Of a DNA stretch of 64,000 nt, positions 10,407 to 19,479 are shown one piece after another (the stretch's first letter is position 1; each line of letters begins with the position of its first letter). The DNA comes from an uncultured Gammaproteobacteria bacterium (lineage in GTDB: Bacteria; Pseudomonadota; Gammaproteobacteria; Eutrophobiales; Eutrophobiaceae). Where the stretch lies: positions 2,083,417-2,147,416 of the forward strand of contig OY282354.1 in the NCBI GenBank assembly GCA_958295485.1, read 5' to 3'. A program made the position numbers and the translations under genes. A model generated the notes under the pieces. It ran no database searches and had not been told where the DNA came from. It saw only the letters and a list, made by a program, of their open reading frames with translations.

Positions 10407-12053
10407 ATGAAAATCAACCCGGCAGAATTTCAGGATAAACGCATCAGTGATTATCTTTATTGGCATGCTGAAAAGACGCCCGACAAGGAAGCTGTTGGTA
10501 TTGGCGAAAGCGTGCAATCCTATGCAGACCTGCTCAGGCGCGTGGAGGATTGCGCCAAAGGATTGATTGCACTGGGCATTAAAAAGGGCGACCGGGTGGC
10601 GACGCTCTCTCCGCCGCATCCCGATTATCTCATTATTTTTCTGGCGACAACGACAATCGGCGGGATTTGGACAGGTCTCAACCCCCGTTATACCCGCGCT
10701 GAATTAGAACACGTGATTTCGGACTCGGAACCTTCCATAATCTTCGCCAGGATGCAAATTGGCAAACGCCAATACCATGAGGAGCTACGCTACATTCACG
10801 ACAAGGTCCAAAGCGTCAAACGCGTTATTGCGCTTGGCAACGATTTTACGCGCTTTCCAACGTATTCTTATGACGATTTTCTTTCGACTCGCAACGCTAT
10901 CAGCGATGACATCCTTGCCGCCGCGCAAAGTGATGTCGCCAATAAGGATGCGGCGCTGCTTGTCTATACGTCCGGGACGACGGGCAGGCCAAAGGGGGCC
11001 GTTTTGCACCATTACGGCGCCATTCGTCATTCTCACGTACAGATGTCGCTTCGTTCATCCGGCGCTATCAGGCTGATCAACGCTTATCCCATCAATCACA
11101 TTGCCGGCGTCATCGCCAGTTCGGTGTATTGCCTCGTTGCCGGTGGCACGGGTTATTTTTTGGAAAAATTCGACCCTGAAGTAGTGTTGAAGACGATTGA
11201 AGAAAAACGCGTCACCGTCTGGGGCGGCGTGCCCATCATGTTGCAAGGCGTGCTGGATCACCCTCATTTTTCCAGTACGGATTTATCCTCAATCAATGAA
11301 ATCTCGTGCAGCGGAGGCGCTGTATCGAAACCCTTGTTAGCGCGCCTGAGCAAGGAAATTTGTCCCGCCATTACGACCATGTATGCCCTGACGGAAGCCG
11401 CCGGCGCGGCGACGGCGGTCCCCCCTACTGATAATATCGATCTATTGGCGGAGAGCGTCGGCAAACCACTCGATGACTGTGAGTTGCGCCTCGTCGATGA
11501 GTCCGGCAAGGAAGCGCGAAAAGGCGAGCAGGGTGAAATTCATATTCGCGGCCCGTTTATAATGAAAGGGTATTGGCGTATGCCGGAGGCCACCAGGCAA
11601 GCGATCGATAAAGAGGGTTGGCTGCGCACAAAAGACGTGGCCGTTGAACGTGACGACGGCAATATCGTATTGGTCGGACGATTATCCGACATGTACAAGT
11701 CAGGTGGCTATAACGTCTATCCAAAGGAAATCGAACAGGCGCTCGAAGCGCATCCATCGATTAATCTTGCTTGTGTCGTCGGCGTGCCTGATCCCGTTTA
11801 TCATGAGGTTGGCTATGCCTTTGTGACCCTGGCGCCGGGACAATCCATTGACAAACAATCCCTGCTTGATCATTGCCGGCGGTATCTTGCCAATTACAAA
11901 ATTCCGAAGCACGTCGTTATAGACGCGTCATTACCGCTTCTGCCGAACAACAAATCTGATAAACGCAGGTTAAAAAAAATGGCGCGGGAAGCTGTGAAGC
12001 GCCTGACGGAGCAACCCGTATCATCCAATGCAACACAAGGTAAATCCACATGA
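10407..12053 (+). CDS. AMP-dependent acyl-CoA synthetase/ligase
   Basis: AMP-binding signature YTSGTTGRPKGA and a C-terminal GEI...TKD...GR motif. Its stop overlaps the next start (ATGA). Confidence 0.85.
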   Translation: MKINPAEFQDKRISDYLYWHAEKTPDKEAVGIGESVQSYADLLRRVEDCAKGLIALGIKKGDRVATLSPPHPDYLIIFLATTTIGGIWTGLNPRYTRAELEHVISDSEPSIIFARMQIGKRQYHEELRYIHDKVQSVKRVIALGNDFTRFPTYSYDDFLSTRNAISDDILAAAQSDVANKDAALLVYTSGTTGRPKGAVLHHYGAIRHSHVQMSLRSSGAIRLINAYPINHIAGVIASSVYCLVAGGTGYFLEKFDPEVVLKTIEEKRVTVWGGVPIMLQGVLDHPHFSSTDLSSINEISCSGGAVSKPLLARLSKEICPAITTMYALTEAAGAATAVPPTDNIDLLAESVGKPLDDCELRLVDESGKEARKGEQGEIHIRGPFIMKGYWRMPEATRQAIDKEGWLRTKDVAVERDDGNIVLVGRLSDMYKSGGYNVYPKEIEQALEAHPSINLACVVGVPDPVYHEVGYAFVTLAPGQSIDKQSLLDHCRRYLANYKIPKHVVIDASLPLLPNNKSDKRRLKKMAREAVKRLTEQPVSSNATQGKST

Positions 12054-13423
12054 AAAATATCGCGAAATCAAATATTCAACAGCCTGTAACCCACCACTGG
12101 CATCCGATGGCCGAGCCGAAGCTGGCCGAACAGTCATCACCCCTGGTATTCGAGCGCGCGGAAGGCGTTTATATCTATGACACTGAAGGGAAGCGGTACC
12201 TGGATTCACAGGGGGGATTATGGTGCGTGAATGTAGGGCACGGACGTAAAGAAGTGAAAGAAGCCATCAATGCGCAGCTGGATCGACTCCCCTACTACAC
12301 CACCTTTGGCGACACCAGCAATTTGCCCGTCATGGAACTGGCGGAACGGCTGGCGCGTATGCTCGCGCCTGAAGGCATGCAGCGCGTTTTCTTCAGTTCG
12401 GGCGGTTCGGATGCAAACGAAACTGCGCTGAAGCTGGCCCGGCAATACTGGAAACTATCCGGTGAAGCGCAACGGTCAAAATTCATCTCACTGAAACAGG
12501 GGTATCATGGAGTGCATTTTGGCGGGACGTCCATCGGCGGTCAAATGTACCTGCGCTCGATGTACGAACCGGTTCTCCCCGGTTGTTTTCAGGTTGACAC
12601 CCCCTGGTTGTATCGCAACCCCTATTCGGATGATCCCGGGGAATTGGGGAAAATCTGCGCTAATCTGCTTGAGCGGGAGATCGTGCACCAGGGTCCGCAC
12701 ACGGTTGCGGCGTTTATCGCCGAGCCCGTACAGGGCGCCGGCGGCGTGATCGTGCCCCCGGCCAATTACTGGCCCTTAGTCAGGGAAATCTGTGATAAAT
12801 ACGGCGTGTTGCTCATTGCCGATGAGGTGGTCACTGGTTTTGGTCGTAGCGGCAGCATGTTCGGTTGTCGCGGCTGGGGCGTCAAACCCGACATTATCTG
12901 CCTGGCAAAAGGCATCAATTCCGGTTATATCCCCTTAGGCGCGACGGTGGTTAATGAGCGCGTGCGACAAGCCTGGGATGCCGATCATCCGCTGGCGGCC
13001 ATCCTGCATGGCTACACCTACTCGGGTCATCCGGTTGCCTGCGCCGCCGCCAATGCCGCCTTGCAAATTGTGGAAGATGAAGATTTGCCGGCGAACGCCG
13101 CCCGAGTGGGTAGCTATTGCCTGGCCAAATCAGAGAAGGAGTTCGCCGATTATGAATTTGTCGGTGATGTCAGGGGGAAAGGCCTGATGATGGCTATCGA
13201 GTTGGTTACAGACAAAATATCAAAAGAACCTTTCAGGCCGGACGATCCCTTTCTTGAACTTATTCAGGATTTGACGCGCAGGGAAGGCTTGCTGATCAGG
13301 AACCTGGGCTCAAACCTGATCATCTCGCCACCACTTGTTTTTACCAAAGAAAATGTTGACGAAATGACAGGCATGATCGCCAATGCTTTTAACCAGGCAA
13401 AATCAAAATTCAACAAGCGTTGA
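12050..13423 (+). CDS. class-III (omega) aminotransferase, PLP-dependent
   Basis: Motifs GGLWCVNVGHG, DEVVTGFGRSG and AKGINSGYIPLG; the Lys in AKG is the PLP lysine context. It is translationally coupled to the ligase. Confidence 0.85.
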   Translation: MKNIAKSNIQQPVTHHWHPMAEPKLAEQSSPLVFERAEGVYIYDTEGKRYLDSQGGLWCVNVGHGRKEVKEAINAQLDRLPYYTTFGDTSNLPVMELAERLARMLAPEGMQRVFFSSGGSDANETALKLARQYWKLSGEAQRSKFISLKQGYHGVHFGGTSIGGQMYLRSMYEPVLPGCFQVDTPWLYRNPYSDDPGELGKICANLLEREIVHQGPHTVAAFIAEPVQGAGGVIVPPANYWPLVREICDKYGVLLIADEVVTGFGRSGSMFGCRGWGVKPDIICLAKGINSGYIPLGATVVNERVRQAWDADHPLAAILHGYTYSGHPVACAAANAALQIVEDEDLPANAARVGSYCLAKSEKEFADYEFVGDVRGKGLMMAIELVTDKISKEPFRPDDPFLELIQDLTRREGLLIRNLGSNLIISPPLVFTKENVDEMTGMIANAFNQAKSKFNKR

Positions 13424-13530
13424 GGTTTTGTATGCCAGGAACCAATATCCAAGATTTGCTTGCTAGTCATATAACCGGCCACGCGTTTCAACAGGCTTTT
13501 TATAGCGCGGGACTGATAAGCGGATGCGGC

Positions 13531-14679
13531 TTATCGTACGGTCTCCCGCAGGCTGGTTTGCCGATCCAGGGGCCGGCAAACCAGCATGAGAAGCGGCGCG
13601 GCGACGATACCACCCAACACCGCCAACCAGCCTACCGCTTGCAAGTCGAAAGTTTCGACTACCATGCCGCCTATAACTCCCCCGGCGCCGAAACTGAAGA
13701 TTTCCACCGCCACCACGGCAGCCGATAGTCGTCCGCTACTTTCCAACGCCGCGCCCGTTCCGATTAAAAATGGTATGAATAACGCTTGAAGCGCTTGAAA
13801 ACTCAGCAAACAGGTCACATAGACAATAGCGATACCCGGATTAGCCATAAAATAGCAACAGAGGGAAATCAGTATCGCACAGACAACAAAGGGCAGTGTT
13901 CGACCAAATCGCAAACCCAACCAACCTGTAAACATGGAGCCGATGATGGACGCAATCATGGTGCAGGCAAAATAAAAGCCGATCTCCTTCGGACTTAAAT
14001 TGACGGCCAGCCCCATTCGCTCGCCAAAACCCCAGGCTGCGCCCATGCCAATCATTAAAAACACCTCTGCCGTAAACAATAACAACACAGGCACACTGAG
14101 GACGGCAGCCGGCCTGACTGCCGCTCTCTTTTTTAACGGCGTGTCGGGCAGGCCGAACAGCAAGGGCGTGAACAACAATACCACCGCCGCCAGGCTCAGG
14201 AACACCCCCTTGTGGTAACCGTATTCCGTCATATGCGGCGCCGCCAGGTACAGCAGCCCGCCAACTAAATAGACCAGGCCGAAGGCATAGCCCGCGGTGC
14301 GTTCCGGCGTCTTGAAATTTGCCGCTATGGTAATGGTGGCTGCGGCATTGGCAAAACCCGCGCCAAAACCGACGAGAAAACGTAGCGCCATTAAAACGGT
14401 GTAGTCGGCAATCAGCGCAGAACCAATTTGCCCTGCCGTTATTAACGCGACACCCATCAAGGCGTATTTCAAGGCCGATGTCTTTAACGGGTTCACGGCA
14501 ACAAACATGATGCCAATACCCAGCGCCGAGAATTCCAAGGTGGCAAGCAATCCCGCGGCCGCTGCGCCCAGTGAGAGACCATCAATCAGGGCGCCGATTT
14601 GAATCGGCATCAGCATCAGGCCGACGACACTCACAAATTTACCGGCGCTCACCGCTAAAAATGACTTATTTATCGGCAT
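13531..14679 (-). CDS. MFS-type transporter
   Basis: About 12 predicted hydrophobic segments and a glycine-rich MFS-like loop (LRFLVGFGAGFANA). It is transcribed divergently from the catabolic operon. Confidence 0.65.
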   Translation of the reverse strand: MPINKSFLAVSAGKFVSVVGLMLMPIQIGALIDGLSLGAAAAGLLATLEFSALGIGIMFVAVNPLKTSALKYALMGVALITAGQIGSALIADYTVLMALRFLVGFGAGFANAAATITIAANFKTPERTAGYAFGLVYLVGGLLYLAAPHMTEYGYHKGVFLSLAAVVLLFTPLLFGLPDTPLKKRAAVRPAAVLSVPVLLLFTAEVFLMIGMGAAWGFGERMGLAVNLSPKEIGFYFACTMIASIIGSMFTGWLGLRFGRTLPFVVCAILISLCCYFMANPGIAIVYVTCLLSFQALQALFIPFLIGTGAALESSGRLSAAVVAVEIFSFGAGGVIGGMVVETFDLQAVGWLAVLGGIVAAPLLMLVCRPLDRQTSLRETVR

Positions 14680-14756
14680 TTGCTATTCAACTCGATGTTA
14701 TCGCAGCATATTACCGGGCGGCTGGCCTGACCCTTGACAGACCATGGGCCCAGGTG

Positions 14757-15554
14757 TCAAAAGAAGGAATGATTATTGGGTAATAACTGCCCTATTCTTT
14801 CAGCCACCTTGAATAATTCAGGCAAATATTTTTTTTCGATGTTGCTGTCGTTTATTCGCGCGACATTCCCGCCAAAACTGACCGCGGCAACAGGAATTTT
14901 TGTATCAGTATAGATCGGTACCGCAACAGTGTATAAACCTTGTTCCAACTCCCCATCGACGGATGCGTAACCTTGTTGTCTGACATGATCCAGTTCTTTT
15001 TTCAAAACGGCTTTAGTTGTGATTGTGCTCGGGGTAAAGCATTTCATCTTGACCTCGGCAAAATAAGCGTCCACGTACTCTTCTGTCTGGTTGGCCAAGG
15101 TTACTCTTCCGGCGGCGGAGACAAAAGCCGGCATATGCGTTCCCGGGTAAAATGACACACGGTCATAGCGATCGATCAGGCTGTGCGCTATGCTGATGAC
15201 GTCTAGTCCATCCATTACCGACATCACGCAAGTTTCTCCTGCTTTTTTACCGGCTTTATTGATTATCGGTTGAATCACCTGACTTACTTGCATGGCGCTC
15301 AAATAAGAGTATCCCAAATCGAGAATCCGGGGCGCCAAACGAAACCATTTGCCATCACTGACGACATAACCCAGGGCGGCCAGGGTTAAAAGAATCCGCC
15401 TGGCTGTCGCACGCGTCAGGTTTGTCCGGGTTGCCACGTCGGCGGGTGACATTTCTACATTCTCTGCATCGAATGCCTTGATGACGTCCATACAGCGGGC
15501 GATTGACCTGATGAAATCTTTTGAGTCTTCTGTGATCATCGTACTTGCCGGCAA
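14757..15554 (-). CDS. IclR-family transcriptional regulator
   Basis: N-terminal wHTH (SPADVATRTNLTRATARRILLTLAALGYV) and a C-terminal IclR effector domain (VSFGGNVARI). Confidence 0.8.
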   Translation of the reverse strand: MPASTMITEDSKDFIRSIARCMDVIKAFDAENVEMSPADVATRTNLTRATARRILLTLAALGYVVSDGKWFRLAPRILDLGYSYLSAMQVSQVIQPIINKAGKKAGETCVMSVMDGLDVISIAHSLIDRYDRVSFYPGTHMPAFVSAAGRVTLANQTEEYVDAYFAEVKMKCFTPSTITTKAVLKKELDHVRQQGYASVDGELEQGLYTVAVPIYTDTKIPVAAVSFGGNVARINDSNIEKKYLPELFKVAERIGQLLPNNHSFF

Positions 15555-15564
15555 AATGTTTTTA

Positions 15565-15850
15565 CTATGTGGGTAATGTTAATATCACTCCTTCATTTAT
15601 CAAGGCCAGGAAGAAAAGAGAGAGCGCTTCCGGGTCTGAATTGATGAAATTTTCAAAGGTCGGTTTTTCACCGGAAAGGAATAATTGTAGCATCGGGCCA
15701 ATTTGATTGATATGACAGGGAATGTCGCGCGTCTGAAAAGCCTGACGAATGCCCCGGGCCAGCCTCTCGCCAATTTCAAAAAGAAGCATATACTGGTTAT
15801 CCGCTTCCAGGTCGCGATACGTATTTATGGCGCCGATTGATGCTGCCGGG
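15565..15850 (-). pseudogene. remnant of the C-terminal end of a class-III aminotransferase (HemL/GSA-aminomutase-like), about 90 codons with no N-terminus
   Basis: Open frame ...GAINTYRDLEADNQYMLLFEIGERLARGIRQAF...INQIGPMLQLFLSGEKP...FFLALINEGVILTLPT resembles only the last quarter of class-III aminotransferases. The frame is closed by a TAA at 15871-15873. Its 5' end runs into the intergenic repeat copy at 15841..15945. Confidence 0.5.
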
Positions 15851-15945
15851 CGAAAAGGCTTTGCATACTGCTTATAAACAGGTAATATTTAACTCGATTT
15901 GGTACCAAAACCGTTAACGGGCGCTAATATTTGTCGCTGATACGC
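15841..15945 (-). repeat. copy A of the same intergenic repeat of about 100 bp (contains the perfect palindrome TTTGGTACCAAA at 15898-15909)
   Basis: The reverse complement aligns with 29138-29245. It overlaps the 5' end of the aminotransferase remnant. Confidence 0.7.
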
Positions 15946-16035
15946 ATTGCAGCCGCTCGGCATTCACTGGCGGCGTGAGCGACGCCCGCGGCGCAACGAA
16001 CACAACGCGAAACGACACAGGACCCCACGCACGCG

Positions 16036-16497
16036 ATGGATATACAAGGTGAATACCACATAGCGGCGTCACCCACCGAGGTCTGGCAACGGCTCATAGA
16101 CCCCGACGTGCTGTCGGCCTGCATCCCCGGATGCGAGTCGATGACGAGGGCGTCGGAGGATGCCTATGACTGCGCCGTCATGGCGAAGTACGGCCCCGTC
16201 AAGGCGAAATTCAAGACCACCCTGACCTTGTCGAACATCAACGCGCCCGTGTCCTACACCTTGAGCGGGCGCGGCCAGGGCGGCGCGGCAGGGTTCGGAG
16301 AAGGCGTCGCCGACGTCATGCTCGAGGAAACCAGCGACGGAACGGCGTTGCGCTATACCGCCAGGTTCAATGCGGGCGGGCGCATCGCGCAGGTCGGATC
16401 GCGTCTGATCGTGGCGACCACGCGCAAGTTCGCCGACAAGTTTTTCGCGGCCTTTTCATCGGGTTTCGATGTCGCGGCGGATGACGCGACTGCGTAA
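16036..16497 (+). CDS. coxG: CoxG-like SRPBCC carrier protein of molybdenum hydroxylases
   Basis: 153 aa, with the [19 protein letters not shown] motif characteristic of the CoxG family. Confidence 0.75.
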   Translation: MDIQGEYHIAASPTEVWQRLIDPDVLSACIPGCESMTRASEDAYDCAVMAKYGPVKAKFKTTLTLSNINAPVSYTLSGRGQGGAAGFGEGVADVMLEETSDGTALRYTARFNAGGRIAQVGSRLIVATTRKFADKFFAAFSSGFDVAADDATA

Positions 16498-16553
16498 ATC
16501 ATTCGGACATAATTCGCGAGAATACAGGGCCTTTGGCCGGGGGAGGAACAACA

Positions 16554-17012
16554 ATGAAAGTCTCGTTTTCAGTCAATGGCGCGGAGCTCAGCGGGGACGT
16601 GGAACCGCGCACCCTGCTGGTTGATTTTCTCCGCAACGACCTCGGTCTGACCGGCACGCACGTGGGCTGTGACACCAGCCAATGCGGCGCCTGCGTCGTT
16701 CACTTGGACGGCCGCTCCATCAAGAGCTGCACCCTGCTCGCAGTACAAGCCGAGGGCATGCAGGTTACGACTATCGAGGGCCTGGCCGACGGCGACGCGC
16801 TGCATCCCATGCAGGCCGCATTTCGCGAAGAGCACGGCTTGCAATGCGGGTTTTGCACACCCGGCATGATCATGAGCGCGATCGACCTGTTGCAGAACAA
16901 CGCAGCTCCGACGGAAAAGGAGATCCGGGACTGGCTGGAAGGCAACCTGTGCCGATGCACGGGCTATCAGAACATCGTCAAGTCGATACAAACAAACGCG
17001 AAATCGCAGTAA
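16554..17012 (+). CDS. [2Fe-2S]-binding small subunit of a xanthine-dehydrogenase/CO-dehydrogenase-family molybdenum hydroxylase (CoxS-like)
   Basis: Cys clusters CDTSQCGAC and CGFCTPG...CRCTGY. Start is set at MKVSF, with a GGGAGGAA Shine-Dalgarno sequence 5 bp upstream. Confidence 0.85.
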   Translation: MKVSFSVNGAELSGDVEPRTLLVDFLRNDLGLTGTHVGCDTSQCGACVVHLDGRSIKSCTLLAVQAEGMQVTTIEGLADGDALHPMQAAFREEHGLQCGFCTPGMIMSAIDLLQNNAAPTEKEIRDWLEGNLCRCTGYQNIVKSIQTNAKSQ

Positions 17013-17054
17013 GATCCGCCTTCGCACCCACAACCAGGCAAGAGGAAACAAATC

Positions 17055-17849
17055 ATGTACCAGTTCGATTATCAGGCGCCCGACTCGCTCGAAGCCGCGT
17101 TGGCGGCGTTGCGCGAGAATGACGAGGCGAAGATCGTTGCCGGCGGCATGACGCTGTTACCGACGATGAAGCTGCGTTTGGCGCGTCCCGAGGCGCTGAT
17201 CGACATCAACCGCATCGGATCGCTCGCCGGGGTCACGGAGAAAAACCGGGCGATCGTGATCGGCGCTATGACGCGTCATGCCGATGTTGCCGCCTCGAAG
17301 CTCGTACGGGACCGCATCCCCGGTCTCGCAGACCTGGCGGAGACGATCGGGGATCCCCAGGTGCGAAACCGCGGCACAATAGGTGGCTCTGTCGCCAACA
17401 ACGATCCGGCGGCGGACTATCCTGCCGGGCTTGTCGGTCTCGGCGCGACGGTCGTCACCGACCGCCGCGAGATCGCGGCCGACGATTTCTTCACCGACAT
17501 GTTCGAAACCGCGCTCGAGGCCGACGAGATCATCACCGCCGTGCACTTTCCGATTCCCAAACGCGCCGCCTACATGAAGTTTCCCAATCCCGCCTCGCGC
17601 TACGCTATTGTCGGCGTCATGGTGGCGGAGACCCACGACGGGATCCGCGTCGCGGTCACCGGGGCCGCGCCCTGCGTGTTTCGGGTGACGGCAATGGAGG
17701 ATGCGCTCAAGAAGGATTTCACGCCGGACGCCATCGCGCCGATCGCAGTGGACGGCGCCGAATTTAACGAGGACATTCACGCCAGCGCCGAATATCGCGC
17801 CCATCTCGTGAACGTGATGGCCAGGCGCGCAGTGGCTGCGGTGGGCTAG
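17055..17849 (+). CDS. FAD-binding medium subunit of the molybdenum hydroxylase (CoxM-like)
   Basis: FAD-binding fold [13 protein letters not shown] and [15 protein letters not shown], in the molybdopterin-dehydrogenase FAD-binding family. Confidence 0.8.
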   Translation: MYQFDYQAPDSLEAALAALRENDEAKIVAGGMTLLPTMKLRLARPEALIDINRIGSLAGVTEKNRAIVIGAMTRHADVAASKLVRDRIPGLADLAETIGDPQVRNRGTIGGSVANNDPAADYPAGLVGLGATVVTDRREIAADDFFTDMFETALEADEIITAVHFPIPKRAAYMKFPNPASRYAIVGVMVAETHDGIRVAVTGAAPCVFRVTAMEDALKKDFTPDAIAPIAVDGAEFNEDIHASAEYRAHLVNVMARRAVAAVG

Positions 17850-17852
17850 AAC

Positions 17853-17882
17853 AACGGTCTCGGCGGACTCGCGACCGTTTTC
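17853..17882 (+). terminator. candidate terminator hairpin after coxGSM
   Basis: AACGGTC-13 nt-GACCGTT followed by TTTCG. The loop is long, so this call is weak. Confidence 0.25.
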
Positions 17883-17926
17883 GATGACCTACGGCCGGAC
17901 ATCGTCGTGACGGCGGTCTGCCGGCC

Positions 17927-18436
17927 TCAGTCGGCGGGCACGTGCGCGATGAGCTGTATCTCTACCAGGCCCCTGTCCGGGAACAATTCACTGATGCCGA
18001 TCGCCGTCCAAGCCGTGTACGGCGCCGGCAGGTATTCATCCTTTACAGCCATGAACGCGCCGACGTGCGCGCCCTTGTCGCCGTCGAAATGGGGGCTGTC
18101 GAAGACGTGGAAGGTCGTGAGCTTTACGACCTGATCGAATCTCGCGCCGGCAGCGGTCAGCGTCGCCTTGATCGCCGAGAAGGCCTTATGGAGACTTTCC
18201 TGGAACTCTTCCGGCGTGGCGGGATTGTCCCCCGGCGGCTCGGCCACGACGCCGGAGAGGAACAGGAAGTCGCCCGCACGGTAGGCGGGAGAAAAATGGT
18301 ATTGATCATAGAGCTCCATATCCTGGCTCGTGGCTATGATCGCCTCACCACTCGCGCCGGCCTTGTTGAAATTGTCATCCGCCGCGAGGGTTGTCGCGAA
18401 CAGCATTGCAGCTGCCATCAGTACTAATCGGTTCAT
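17927..18436 (-). CDS. RidA/YjgF-family protein with an N-terminal signal peptide (predicted periplasmic)
   Basis: Start set at MNRLVLMAAAMLFATTLAADD (hydrophobic signal), preceded by a GGGAG Shine-Dalgarno sequence. The C-terminal part aligns with the RidA fold (VKLTTFHV...EIQLIAHV). Confidence 0.65.
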   Translation of the reverse strand: MNRLVLMAAAMLFATTLAADDNFNKAGASGEAIIATSQDMELYDQYHFSPAYRAGDFLFLSGVVAEPPGDNPATPEEFQESLHKAFSAIKATLTAAGARFDQVVKLTTFHVFDSPHFDGDKGAHVGAFMAVKDEYLPAPYTAWTAIGISELFPDRGLVEIQLIAHVPAD

Positions 18437-18476
18437 CACACGCTCCCATAATAGATGCTTTTCAGATGGTTCGAGA

Positions 18477-18863
18477 TCAGGCCTTGGCGGCGATAAGCTC
18501 GACCTCGACCAGCCATTCCTGCTTCGCCAGCGCCTTGACGATAATGCCCGTGGAAGCGGGCCGCGCATCACCCAGGAACTTGGCGCGGGCCTGCGCCATC
18601 GGCCAGAAGTCGTCCTCGCTCGTCACGTAGGTCGTTACTTTGACGATATCATCGATCCCCATGCCGGCGGATTCCAGAATGGCCATGAGATTGCTCCAGG
18701 TGGCTTGAGTCTGGGCCTCGATTCCTTCGGGCATCGTGCCGTCGGGCAACAGGCCTACCTGTCCTGCGGTGTGGAGGACTCGCGAGTTTGGTGGGATCTC
18801 AATGCCGTGGCTGTAGGCTGCGACCGGCGGCGCGATCGTGTCGGGCATATGTTTCTTGTTCAT
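18477..18863 (-). CDS. RidA/YjgF/TdcF-family enamine/imine deaminase
   Basis: 128 aa: PVAAYSHG...HTAGQVGL...VKVTTYV...EVELIAA is classic RidA. Confidence 0.8.
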   Translation of the reverse strand: MNKKHMPDTIAPPVAAYSHGIEIPPNSRVLHTAGQVGLLPDGTMPEGIEAQTQATWSNLMAILESAGMGIDDIVKVTTYVTSEDDFWPMAQARAKFLGDARPASTGIIVKALAKQEWLVEVELIAAKA

Positions 18864-18954
18864 GGGACCTCCCTTGATTGTGACTGGTAAGATGATATTT
18901 TTGGGCTACTTCGCGGCGCGTTGTGGGCATCCGGCGCGGATTTTCGACCCGCGC

Positions 18955-19356
18955 TCAATCGAGCAGCGCGATGCACTCGATCTCAATCATCAGCTCCGGA
19001 AAGGCCAGGCTGGCGCAGCCGATCCAGGTCGCGGCGGGTGGCGCGGACGCCGCTTCCTCGTAGAACCCAATGCGAATGTCGTTGTTGGCTACCAGCGCCC
19101 CCATGTCGGTAGTGAAGACGGTTTCCTTGATCACGTTCTGGAAGCTCGCGCCGTTGGCTTCCAGTGTTTCCTTGAGATCAGTGTAGACCTGCTTGATCTG
19201 TGCCTTCATGTCGCCCGCGCCGATGATATTTCCCTCGGCGTCCCAGCTAACGGCGCCCGAGACGTACAACATGTTCCCGGCCTTGCAGGCCTGCGCATAG
19301 TAGATGCTTTTCTCGATGTTGGGGCGCTTGTGATAGATCTGGTTGGCTTTGGGCAT
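18955..19356 (-). CDS. RidA-family protein (third paralog)
   Basis: 133 aa: YVSGAV...VFTTDM...IEIECIAL, matching the RidA/Rid family fold pattern. Confidence 0.7.
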   Translation of the reverse strand: MPKANQIYHKRPNIEKSIYYAQACKAGNMLYVSGAVSWDAEGNIIGAGDMKAQIKQVYTDLKETLEANGASFQNVIKETVFTTDMGALVANNDIRIGFYEEAASAPPAATWIGCASLAFPELMIEIECIALLD

Positions 19357-19479
19357 GGTGATTCCTCCGAATTATCGTTCTCTCATTAACTTTGACGGAC
19401 TGAAGCGCCGGGCGGGGTCGGTGACCCCGCCCGCCCGCATCGAGAATTTACACGCGTTAGCGGCTCGCACCGGGCTTCG

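Noticed and set aside
13513-13534. Hairpin GATAAGC-ggatgcg-GCTTATC between the convergent aminotransferase and MFS genes as a bidirectional terminator
   Set aside because: The stem is only 7 bp and has no flanking T/A tract on either strand, so evidence for a rho-independent terminator is too weak.
16569-17804. Long antisense or alternative-frame ORFs inside the cox genes and other GC-rich genes (e.g. 16569..17051 -, 16682..17122 +, 17157..17804 -, 21237..21806 -, 21413..22072 -, 47833..49143 -, 53307..54602 +)
   Set aside because: These Arg/Pro/Gly-rich translations are typical of off-frame reading in high-GC DNA. They overlap genes with strong family signatures and have no motifs of their own.
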